NCBI GenBank assembly: GCA_052327205.1
Contig: CM126205.1
Coordinates: 243,412,001-243,476,000 of the forward strand
Source: Somniosus microcephalus
Taxonomy: Eukaryota
Direction of reading: 5' to 3'
DNA length: 64,000 nt
Shown: piece after piece, positions 13,410-25,127 of the stretch
Numbering within the stretch: position 1 is the stretch's first letter
Layout: every line of letters begins with the position of its first letter
Notes under the pieces: model-generated
What the model saw: only the letters and a program-made list of their open reading frames with translations
Database searches by the model: none
What the model was told of the DNA's origin: nothing
Position numbers and translations under genes: made by a program

Positions 13410-16400
13410 ATATACTGCAGATGCTGAAAATCTGAAATAAAAACAGAAAATGCTGGAAATACTCTGCAGGTCAGGCAGCATCTGTAGAGAGAGAAACAGA
13501 GTTAATGCTTCAGGTCGAAGACCCTTCGTCAGAACTGGAAAAAGTTGGAGGTGGAACAGGTTTTTAAGCAAGTGTAGGGGCAGGGGAGGAGAGGAAAGAA
13601 CAAAAGGGAAGGTCTGTGATAGGATGGAAGGCAGGAGAGATTAAGAGACAAAAAGGGATGCTGGTGCAAGGCAAAAGAAGATGGTAATGGGACAAGCTAA
13701 GAAATAAAAGATGAGTGTAGACGAAGTGTAAATGGCAATGCTGAATCATCAACAGCTGCCATGTGGAAAAAAAAGGGGCCGAGGTTATGGTCTGAAATTG
13801 TTGAACTCTATGTTGAGTCCAGAAGACTGTAAAGTGCCTAATCGAAAGAGGAGGTGCTGTTCCTTGAGCTTCCATTGAGCTTCATTGGAATGGTGCAAGA
13901 GGCTGAGGACAGAGAGGTCAGAGTGGGCGCATTAAGGGGTTTAGCAGCTTTAAAAGTGGATAAATCCACAGGCCCAGATGAAATGTATCCCAAAGCAAAA
14001 GAGGAAATAGCAGAGGCCCTGACCATCATTTTCCAATCCTCTCTGGCTTCAGGTGTGGTGCCAGGGGACTGGAGGACTGCTAATGTGGTACCCTTGTTTA
14101 AAAAGGGAGAAAAGGATAGACCGAGTAATTACAGGCCAGTCAGCCTAACCTCGGTAGTGGGAAAATTATTGGAAAGAATTCTGAAGGACAGGATAAATCT
14201 TCATTTAGAAAGACACGGATTAATCAAGAATAGTCAGCACGGATTTGTTAAAGGAAGGTCGTGTCTGACAAACTTGATTGAATTTTTTGAGGAGGTAACA
14301 AGGAGGGTAGATGAGGGTAGTGCGTTTGATGTAGTGTATATGGACTTTAGCAAGGCTTTTGATAAGGTTCCACATGGCAGACTGGTCACAAAGTTAAAAG
14401 CCCATGGGATCCAGGGCAAAGTGTCAAGTTGGATTTAAAACTGGCTCAGAGACAGGAAGCAGAGGGTAATGAATGGTTGATGGGTGTTTGTGTGACTGGA
14501 AGGCTGTTTCCAGTGGGGTTCTGCAGGGCTCCGTACTAGGTCCCTTGCTTTTTGTGTATATATCAATGATCTAGACTTAAATAAAGGGGGTATGATTAAG
14601 AAGTTTGCAGATTATATTAAAATCGGCTGTGTGGCCGATACTGAAGAAGGAAGCTGTAGACTGCAGGGAGATATCAATAAATTGGTCAGGTGGGCAGAAC
14701 AGTGGCAAATGGAATTCAATCCGGAGAAGTGGGAGGTAATGCATTTGGGGAGGACTAACAAGGAAAGGGAATACACATTAAATGGTAGGACACCGAGTAG
14801 CGTAGAGGAACAAAGGGACCTTGGAGTGCATGTCCACTGATCCCTGAAGGTAGCAGGCCAGGTAGATAAGGTGGTTAAGAAGGCATACGGAATGCTTGCC
14901 TTTATTAGCCGTGGCATAGAATACAAGAGCAGGGGGGTTATGCTTCAACTGTATAAAACACTAGTTAGGCCTCAGCTAGAGTACTGCATGCAGTTCTGGT
15001 CACCACATTACAGGAAAGATGTGATTGCACTAGAGAGGGTACAGAGGAGATTTACAAGGATGTTGCCGGGAGTAGAGAATCTTGGCTATCAGGAAAGACT
15101 GGATAGGCTGGGTCTGTTTTCCTTGGAACGGAGGCGGCGGAGGGGAGACCTTATTGAGGTGTATAAAATTATGAGGGGCCTGGATAAAGTGGATAGAAAG
15201 GACCTATTTCCCTTAGCAGAGGGGTCAAAAACCAGGGGGCACAGATTTAAAGTAATTGGTGGAAGGTTTAGAGGGATTTCAGGGGAAATGTCTTCACCCA
15301 GAGGGTTGTGGGGGTCTGGAACTCACTGCCTGAAAGGGTGGTAGAGGCAGAAACCTTAACCACATTTAAAAAGTACTTGGATGTGCACTTGGGATGCTGC
15401 AGGGCTACGGACCAAGAGCTGGAAAGTAGGATTGGGCTGGATAGCTCTTTGTTGGCCAGTGCGGACACGATGGGCCGAAGTGGCCTCCTTCCGTGCTGTA
15501 ACTGTGTGATTCTATGATTGGAGTGGAGAATTAAAGTGACAGGCGACCGGAAGCTCGAGGTCACCTTTACGGACTGAACGGAGGTGTTCTGCAAAGTGGT
15601 CACCCAATCTGCATTTGGTCTCCCCAATGTAGAGGAGACCACATCGTGAGCAGCGAATACAGTATACTAAATTGCAAGAAGTACAAGTAAATCGCTGTTT
15701 CACCTGGAAGGAGTGTTTGGGGCCCTGGACAGTGGGAAGGGTGGAGGTAAAAGGGAAGAGGTAAAAGGGCAGGTGTTGCATCTCCTGCGCTTGCACAGGA
15801 AGGTGCCGGGCGAAGGGGAAGGGGTGTTGGGGGTGATAGAGGAGTGGACCAGGGTGTCGGAGGGAGCAGTCCCTTCGGAATGCTGAGAAGGGAGGCAAGG
15901 AGGTGGTGTGTTTGGTGGTGGGATCACACTGAAGGTGGCGAAAATGGCAGAGGATGATCCGTTGAATGTGGAGGCTGGTGGGGTGAAAGGTGAGGACAAG
16001 GGGAACCCTATCGTGGTTCCGGGAGGAAGGGGAAGGGGCAAGAGCAGAAGTGCAGGAAATAGAACGGATACAGTCAAGGGTCATGCCAACCACGGTAGAG
16101 GGGAATCCTCGGTTGAGGAAAAAGGAAGACATGTCGGAAGCACTAGTATGGAAGGTGGCTTCGTCAGAACAGATGCAACGGAGACGGAGAAACTGGGAGA
16201 ATGGAATAAAGTCCTTACAGGGTGGGAGGAAGTGTAGCCCAGGTAGCTGTGGGAGTCAGTGGGCTTATAGGGAATGTTTGTCAATAACCTATCTCCAGAA
16301 ATGGAGACAGAAGTCGAGGAAGGGAAGGGAAGAGTCAGAGATGAACCACGTGACGGTGAGGGAAGGGTAGAAATTGGAAGCAAAGTGAATTAAATTTTCT

Positions 16401-16680
16401 AGTTCAGGGCGAGAGCAGGAAACGGCACCGATAGAGTCATCAATGTACTGGAAAAAAAGGTGAGGGAGGGGACCCGAGTAGGACTGGAACAAAGAATGTT
16501 CCACATATCCCACGAAAAGGCAGGCATAGCTAGGGCCCATGCGGGTTCCCATAGCAACACCTTTAATTTGGAGGAAGTGAGTGGCGTCAAAGGAGAAGTT
16601 GTTCAATGTGAGAAGTAGTTCAGCCAGGCGGAGGAGGGTGGTGGTGGAAGGGGACTGGTTGGGCCTCTGTTCAAGGAATC
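13410..16680 (-). mobile_element. Penelope-like element (RT and GIY-YIG endonuclease), decayed, split by a CR1
   Basis: FLQIKGVAMGTRMGPSYACLF and FQYIDD (RT); NLVYCIRCSRCGLLYIGETK..PVACHFNS (GIY-YIG); terminal repeat with a degenerate hammerhead at 13497-13538. Confidence 0.92.
13930..15518 (+). mobile_element. CR1 LINE, 5'-truncated, inserted in Penelope
   Basis: ORFs 13854-14438, 14592-14840, 14871-15344 carry CR1 RT motifs; tail gtgattctatgatt. Confidence 0.95.
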
Positions 16681-16929
16681 TGCATTTGCATAGCTTCTTT
16701 CACAACCTCCAAGTGATTTAACAAGTTGAAGAGCTATTAAGTAGATCATTAAAAGTAAACCACTTCTACAACTCATTTGTTTTATCCAGTTCCTACTTTT
16801 TTTTGAAGTTAGGATAGGGAGGACCCTGAATGCTCAGTATATGGAGCACGTGCAAAAGTATTAAACTAAGCAGTTTTCCAGATTCTGAGCTAGTGTGTAT
16901 ATACCTGATCACCCATATGCAAGAACAGT

Positions 16930-17326
16930 TTTCAGCAGGAGCAGAACATACTCAGAGTACACCGTCAGAGTAAATAAGGAGAAACAGTTTCTAATACAGA
17001 AGGGTTGGTAACCAGAGGACATAAGATTTAAGATGATTGGCAAAAGAACCAGAGGTGACATGAGGAAACTTTTTTTTTTTTTTTTTTTTAAATACACAGC
17101 GAGTTGTTGTGATCTGGAATGCACTAACTGAAAAGGTGGTGGAAACAGATTCAATAGCAACATTCAAAAGAGAATTGGATAAAGACTTGAAGGGAAAAAA
17201 ATTTATACAGCTATGGCGAAAGAGCGAGGGAGTGGGATTAATTGGATAACTCTACCAAAGAGCTAGCACAGGCAGGATGGGCCAGATGGCTTCCTTCTGT
17301 GCTGTATTATTTTATGGTTCTATGAT
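16930..17326 (+). mobile_element. CR1 3' fragment
   Basis: TRGHKI/RVVVIWNAL-like remnants and a ggccagatggcttccttctgtgctg tail. Confidence 0.8.
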
Positions 17327-17804
17327 CTCAAGTGCAAAAACTCAATGGATGAACAACCCCAACAAACACTAAGGCACTCCACTAAGCAAAGTCCACAAAC
17401 CCAACAGAAGGTGTCCTTTTTCTCTCTCTGCGGGTTCAGTGGACAAAGGCAGCAATTCCGTCTGTCCCAATTACACAATGGTCCACTGGGCAAAAGGCAC
17501 ATCAACCCGTGCCCAGTTCCCTCTCTCACCTAATCATTTCTCTGAGAATGGTACATGCAGCAACTTTTTTTTTGTTGAAAGTTCATTTATAAAAGTCCAA
17601 GTTACTTTTTCAAATATGTAAGGAATTGGGTGGTGGTCCAAGTTAGAAAGTCCTTTTTCTCCAGTTCTCTGAAATTTGAGTTAATGGAAGGGAAGTTTGA
17701 ATTGATTTGGGCAGTTTCAGTCCAGTTCCGTGAAAATTGTTCAACAGCAGAAAACTGGCCATAACTTTGCTCTGACTTCCTAGTCTCAAATACACATAGG
17801 AGGC

Positions 17805-20378
17805 TAGCTAATGTGGAAAATGGATGTGCCCTAGGGTTGAGAGAGGATCTTCTGCAGTTGGGTTAAGCTACACCGTTGGCCAAAACTGTGGCAAATGGAT
17901 TTCAATGTAGGCAAGTGCGAGGTCATCCACTTTTGGAACTAAAAAGATAGATCAGAGTACTTTCTAAATGGTGAAAAGCTAGAAACAGTGGAGATCCAAA
18001 GAGACTTGGGGGTCTATGTACATAGATCATTAAAATGTCATGGACAGGTACAGAAAATAATCAAATAGGCTAATGGAATGCTGAGCTTTATATCTAGAGA
18101 CTAGAATACAAGGGGGTAGAAGTTATACAAAGCCCTGGTTAGACCACACCTGGAATAGTGTTTAGTTCTGGGCACCACACCTTAGGAAGGAGAGCCGTGT
18201 AGATTTACCAGAATGATACCTGGACTCCAAGGGTTAAATTACGAGGCGCGGTTACACAAACTAGGGTTGTATTCCCTGGAATTTAGAAGGTTAAGGGGTG
18301 ATTTTGATCAAGTTTTTGAGATATTAAGGGGAACGGATAAGGTAGATAGAGAGAAACTATCTCCACTGCTTGGGGAGTCTAGGACTAGGGAATAGTCTAA
18401 AAGTTAGAGCCAGACCTTTCAGGAGTGAAGTTAGGAAACACTTCTACACACAAAGGCGGTAGTTCAGAAATCTCTTCCACAAACAGCAATTGATGCTAGA
18501 TCAATTGTTAATTTAAATCTGAGATTGATAGATTTTTGTGAACCAAAGGTATTAAAGGATATGGGCAAAGGTAGGTATATGAAGTTTGGTCACAGGAAGA
18601 CACAAAAAACCTCCCTGGGATATCGGGAAAAATAGGGACATTGGCAAAGGAGGAACTGACGCAAATCAATATCTCTAAGGATATGGTGTTAAGGAAGCTA
18701 AAGGGATTGAAGGTGGACAAATCCCCAGGGCCTGATAACATGCATCCTAGGGTACTGAAGGAGGTGGCCCTAGAGATAGCGGATGCACTAAGGATGATTT
18801 TTCAGAATTCATTAGACTCGGGAACAGTGCCGATGGATTGGAGGGTAGCTAACGTTACCCCACTATTCAAAAAGGGGGGTAGGGAAAAAGCAGGTAATTA
18901 CAGACCTGTAAGCCTTACATCAGTTGTGGGCAAAATGCTGGAGTCCATCATTAAGGATGAAATAGCGGAGCACTTAGCAAATGGGGACAGGATAGGACAG
19001 AGTCAACATGGATTTACAAAGGGTAAATCGTGCTTGACTAATCTATTGGAATTTTTTGAGGGAGTAACTGGTAGAATAGATGGGGGAGAGCCAGTAGATG
19101 TGGTGTACCTGGACTTCCAAAAGGCCTTCGATAAGGTCCCACATAAAAGATTAGCATGGAAAATTGAGGCTCATGGGATAAAGGGGAAAGTTTTGGCGTG
19201 GATAGGGAACTGGCTGTCAGATAGAAAACAGAGAGTTGGAATAAACGGCTCATTTTCTGAATGGCAGGCAGTAACAAGTGGGGTACCACAGGGATCTGTC
19301 CTGGGCCCCCAGCTGTTCACAATTTACATTAATGACCTGGATCAGGGAGTCGGATGCAGCATTTCCAAATTTGCAGACGACACTAAACTAGGAGGTGGGG
19401 TGGGCTCAGAGGAAGAGACCAGGAAGCTCCAGAGCGATTTGGACAGACTGGGCGATTGGGCGGATAAATGGCAGATGCACTATAATGTGGACAAGTGCGA
19501 AGTTATCCACCTTGGGTGCAGGAACGGGAGGGCAAATTATTATTTAAATGGCAATAGATTGGGAGAGGGGGAAGTACAGAGAGACCTGGGTGTTCTTGTA
19601 CACCAGTCACTGAAGGCGAGCATGCAGGTGCAACAGGCGGTCAAGAAGGCAAACGGTATGCTGGCCTTCATAGCAAAAGGGTTAGAATACAGGAACAGGG
19701 ATACCTTGCTGCAGCTGTACAGGGCACTGGTGAGACCACACCTCGAGTACTGTGTACAGTTTTGGTCGCCTCATCTGAGGAAGGATGTTCTTGCCATGGA
19801 GGGGGTGCAGCGGCGATTCACCAGGCTGATACCAGGAATGGCGGGAATGACCTATGAGGAGAGACTATGTAGTTTAGGGATGTACACACTGGAGTTTAGA
19901 AGATTGAGAGGGGACCTCATAGAAGTGTATAAAATTCTGACAGGTCTAGACAGACTGGATGCAGAAGGAATGTTTCCCTTGGCGGGTGAGAACAGAACTA
20001 GAGGACATAATTTAAGGATAAGGGCTAAACCATTTAGGACAGAGATGAGGGGGAATTTCTTCACTCAGAGAGTGGTGAACCTGTGGAACTCATTGCCACA
20101 GAGGGCAGTGTACGCCAGCTCATTAAATATATTTAAGAGGGAATTAGATATATTTCTACGGGCAAAAGGGGTTAAGGGTTACGGAGAGAAGGCGGGGACG
20201 GGATACTGAATTAAAGGATCAGCCATGATCTCATTAAATGGCGGAGCAGGCACGAAGGGCCGAATGGCCTACTCCTGCTCCTATCTTCTATGTATCTATG
20301 TATCTATGTAACCATGATCTCACTGAATGGCAGAACAGGCTCAAGGGGCTAAATAGCCTACTCCTGTTCCTATGTTAC
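17805..20378 (+). mobile_element. Older CR1 3' fragment (17805-18595, resuming at 20310-20378)
   Basis: Decayed RT C-terminus (ORF 18213-18395, LGLYSLEFRRLRGD); its 3' UTR is interrupted by a younger CR1. Confidence 0.8.
18596..20309 (+). mobile_element. Young 5'-truncated CR1 with an uninterrupted 522-aa RT frame (18641-20209)
   Basis: All RT motifs present, including FADDTK, with no stops or frameshifts; short tatgtatc-type tail. Confidence 0.97.
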
Positions 20379-20909
20379 TACTGGACTACAAGTGGTTTCA
20401 CTCTGCATTCTGCCCATGTTTTACCTTATCTATATATAAAAGATGGACTAACACTTCTTAAAACATGCTACTGTACAACACAAATCAGACTTAACTGAAC
20501 TCCAATTTCAAAAACAGGTAATTATTCAACTGTCACATTTATTCTTCAGTATTTAAAGTGAAACTAGCTATAAAAAAAATCCAGTTTGACCAAGTCTATA
20601 CTGAAACATTACAACATTCAACTCTGCAATTGTAAACACACTGAAGTTCTACGCTCTGCAAACTGAACTCCCCGTACAACTTGATACACACTTTCTTCTG
20701 AAGGTGCATTAATTACAGATTCTGTAGAATATGGTCACAGGAGGTTCAAGCTATTGCATTTTTAATTGTGAAGTTACTGGCCAAACAATGCCACATCATT
20801 TGCTGTTAATCAGCACACAATGCTCCCTGAAACTGTGTCAAATTAGTTTGTGCATTAAGATTGCCAATTTCAAGGAACAGGTGCTGCTTGTATTCATTAA
20901 CTCACTTGG

Positions 20910-22215
20910 GAACATTGGAATTTCTAGAAAAAAAGGCCAAGGTCCATCTAGTTCGCCTTCTACCGCCCTGGTAGTTGCATGATACGATATTAGAGTTGTT
21001 CACTAATCATAGCAATCAATCTTTATCAGTCTACCACAGACCGTGACATAAACGAGGAAGACCCCAGTGGTGGAATTCTTTGGGAATCATAGGTTCAATG
21101 TCACCTATTCCTTCCAAGCACGCTACACTTGCCATTTGCCATGTCTCAAATTACTCATACGTGATCCCAGATTATTATTTTCTGAAATAAAATCTAATTT
21201 GCATTTGAATGAATCAATACTACCTGCTTCCACCGTCTCCCTAGGGTGCCCTTTTCATAGATTGACCACTCGCTCCCTGAAATGTTTCCACAGGTAAGTT
21301 TTGAATTTACCCCCTTGAAAGGCAGGCAGTGTCCTCTGGTTCTACTGTTCTGGACAAGGTGAAACAGCTGGTCATGGTCTACATTATCTAATCCCTATTG
21401 AATCCTTAATACAGCAATCATTTTTTATTCATTCATGGGATGTGGACGTCCCTATTATTTGCCCATCCCTATTTGCCCTCGAGAAGGTGTCATGAGCTAC
21501 CTTCTTGAATACAACCGAGTGGCTTGCTAGGCAGTTAAGAGTCAACCACATTACTGTGGTTTTACGACAAATTTCCCAGCCGCTGTGGTGGGATTTGAAT
21601 TCATGTCTCCGGATCCTTAGTCCGGGATTATTAATCCAGTAACAACTATGCTACCGTACCCGCTATCGTATCTCCCCAACCTTTGCTTTTCCAGTGAGAA
21701 CGTGCCCAATTTACATAATCACTCCTCATAATCCATTCCCGCCATCCCCTCAATCATTCTGGTTGCTCTTCTGTATACTTTCAAAAGCTACAATATCCTT
21801 TTAGTACTGTGGCAACCAGAACTGTACACAGTATTCTTAGTGCAATTGCAAGAATGGTTTACAAAGTGGCAGGATTACCTCACTATTTTGGCTCAATATT
21901 GACCTTTTAATACATCCCAACATCTAATTTGCTTTATTCACTGACACCAAGCATTGTTGTGATAGCTTCAATTTATTGTCCCAGATCACATTCATTTTCC
22001 ATGCAGATTATTTTCTCTTCGTTCACGTAATAGTCCATTCATAGATTTTCTGTTCATGTGAAGCACTTTGCATTGCTCTACATTAAATTTAATGCTACCC
22101 ATCTGCCCAATTCACAAGTACATTCAAATCCCCCTGCAGCTTATCCTGTTCACCGTTGAAGTCTACCACCTTCATTAGCTTTGTATCATCTGCAGATTTA
22201 GCAATCATCTTCTTG
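20910..22215 (-). mobile_element. Old CR1 fragment with a nested short repeat (21425-21662)
   Basis: Reverse-strand remnants of FADDTKL, EYCVQFW and RVVNL; the nested piece begins like the 3' end of the 7405-8879 family. Confidence 0.75.
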
Positions 22216-22673
22216 TTAAACAAAAAATGCACTGACTTTGCAAAACACCCCAGTGTTTCAAAATGAGGGTAGTGGGAATAGACACAAAGCTGTATTAGAC
22301 AAGTTGGGGGAGGTGCGCAGACAATTGAGATGAAAAGTTTAGGAAAGGAATTTCAGAATGTTGAGACATGATGGCTGAAGGCGCTGCTGCCGATAGTGGT
22401 GCAGAGGAGAAGGGAATGTACAGCAGGCCACCTTAAGTTCATAACCTGCATCCATTGATACAGTACAAAGAAAATGCAGTGCTTATATATTTGTTTTTGC
22501 ATTTGGAGTTATAAAGCCACATTCAATTTTTTTGTTTGGGGTGTGTTAAAAGGAGGAAAAACAGTCAAACGACATTTACAAATCATTAAATCTTTATGGT
22601 TTATGGAGTCATCTGAATTCCCTTAACTCCAGTCTTGAAACCTTGAACAAGGTATCCATTAATCTATATTTAA

Positions 22674-22751
22674 CTAGCTGGAGTGCCCAGCGGTGCTGAG
22701 GGTTTTTTGAGGGCATGTTATGAAATAAACATATATTATGTCTGTGTGGGA

Positions 22752-22790
<39 letters not shown>

Positions 22791-23732
22791 AGGGGGGGGG
22801 GGGGGGGGGGGAGGGAAAAAGGAGAGAGAGAGACTGCTGGATTTAGTTCGCTTTCCTCTCTGTCCCTCCCTCCCTCCCCAGCGCCTCAGGCCTGGACACT
22901 GAGCCGAGCCCCGGGACCGGGCCGAGGGGGGGGGAGGCAGAGTCCCTGGCCGCAAACGGAGCCGAGCCCCCCCCCCCAAGTCCCCGGCCCGCAGGCGCAA
23001 ACGGAGCCGAGCTACGGGACCGGGCCCGGGGGGGGGGGGAAGGCCAAGTCCCCGGCCGCAAATGGAGCCGAGGACCGGGCCGAGGAGGGGAAGCCCAAGT
23101 CCCCGGCTGGGGCCTCCAGCTCCACAAGGTGGGGAGACCTTCCCTGGAAGACAACGGAGTTCCTTCATAATTGAAATGGATCACTTCATTTCTAACTGTT
23201 CCTAAATACTATTTAAAACTTAATTAATTTGTTCTTTTCCTTAGTTCCCTGTATTAAAGTTCAGGTTTTTAAGCACCCCATAGCCAAGAAGACAACTGCA
23301 CTACATGATCTGGCATTAAGCCATATAGAACAGGAAGGTGGCAGCTGTTAAAATGTGAATAAAAGTAAAAGCGGAGGTAAAGATGACGGAATTAACGGCA
23401 GTTTGAAAGATTAGGCCCCACCCACAGACGCCATGAAACACCCCCCGTGACGCAGCGCGCTCCCCCCGTAGGATTGGTCAACCTTCATGTCACTCAATGC
23501 TAATGAGCGGATTTCCCCCATATGATTGGCCAACCGCTAATGAGCGGAATTTTGAATGTTTTTTGTCTACTGTCCGAACAATTTTTGTCTGACCAAAAAG
23601 TAAATACACCTAGGACACCCTCCTAATCATAACCTTTCTTTTGATATAACATGTGTAGGTACGCTCTATAACTTGAGTGGTGCCCAGACAGAACTATCCT
23701 TTTATATATAAAAATAATAATAAAAAGATAGA
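22674..23732 (-). mobile_element. Non-autonomous Helitron
   Basis: Minus strand starts A|TCTATC..TATATATAAAAG and ends in a GC-rich hairpin (CCCTCAGCACCGCTGGG) then CACTCCAG CTAG|T; inserted at an AT site with no TSD. Confidence 0.75.
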
Positions 23733-24580
23733 TTACAGGAGCTTGAATGGAAACCAAGACAAACACAGGTTCGTCTACTCTTGAGGACCATACATCTCTG
23801 CTTTTGATTAACAGCAATTTGGGCAATTAGAACTTTAAAAAAGGGGAGTTTTCATTATCACTAGTTTATTTGAAAAAAAGCACTATAATGAAAGGAAAAC
23901 TATCCATTTTAAAATAAAACTTTAAACAAGTTATGCTGATGATCTAAAAATAGGAATGATCTTAGACAAATTTGTGAGCCCCAGTTTGACAGAGCTGAAT
24001 AACGGACAGTTTATAGTTAATCCTGGAGATTTACCCGAATACATCACTTTAGTTGAAGGAGACACCACCCTTGCATTATTAACACCAAGTCACTTTCACC
24101 CAAAGATATCAGTAGTCCAAAGAGAGGAGAAATTATTGATTTTGAAAGGGCAACACCGACGACAATACTCTAGCACTTGTCTCACGTCAGTTACTACATG
24201 TAGTATATTTACTATCACAATACTGTCGGTAAAGTTTAATGTAAATGAAGGCCTTTGGTTATGCTCAAATTTCCACTCTCGTTCAGATTTAAAGCACCAG
24301 GTTTGGGAAGGCCATGAGATAGAGCACCAGGACAGCAATCCACACTGCGCTTTGACAGTCAGCTGAGAAAACTAGTATTTTTGCAACTATCTCCAAAAAG
24401 ATTTAGTGCAACGTTGCCAGGGTCTTCTTAGAACACAAGAGACATATTAACAGATACATCCTTAGCAAAGGAGTAGTGGTGTAGCAAAGGAGATATTTGG
24501 GAAAAGAAACTTGGTAGGATGGCACTGATCCATTCTGCATACTAATCTACCAATGTGATCAATCAACAATGTTAGAAAAT

Positions 24581-25059
24581 CTTTCTCCATTACTCATCAT
24601 GTGAGGAGATCTGTTTCGTTGCATTGCCCAGTCAGAAAATTGTTTAATCTTCTGTAATTTCTGCCTTGATCACTGGTTTATTAATTCTACCAAATATATT
24701 CTGTGCAATATTACATCTCCTTTGTGGACATGTTTATTATTGCACCTATGGCCTTAGTCATCTTCCCATATTATCTTATTTACTCCCATACTTAAAACAG
24801 TCATCAGACTTGACAAACAGACAAGAGTTTATTTGACTTTAGGTTCCCAGGAATACAACCTGGCATGATCTTGCTCGTACAACCTGGCATGATCTTGCCT
24901 GTTTCCCATTGTCAGTGACCTTACTGTTCAAAATAATATCTCGGTGAGGTGAAATACTTGCTTTGTTTCTCCCTCAATAAACACTTAGACCTGTTGCTTC
25001 ACTCATTACACTGGTGTCAGCCTTGGCTCAGTGGCCTCAGAGTTAGAAGTTCGTGGGTT
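24581..25059. repeat. Left arm of a ~480 bp inverted duplication (partner 28817-29305)
   Basis: High-identity reverse-complement alignment by eye; 2 versus 3 copies of an internal 24-bp repeat. Confidence 0.93.
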
Positions 25060-25127
25060 TGTGTTAATAACTAATGGATCTTCTGTAATGTTCCTCATGG
25101 TGAGTCAGGCGATATGATGTCTTAGAA

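Noticed and set aside
22674-23184. 163-164 aa Pro/Gly-rich ORFs
   Set aside because: Low-complexity microsatellite and GC repeats inside the Helitron
23956-24366. 136-aa ORF as a gene
   Set aside because: No recognisable motif or splice support; length compatible with chance
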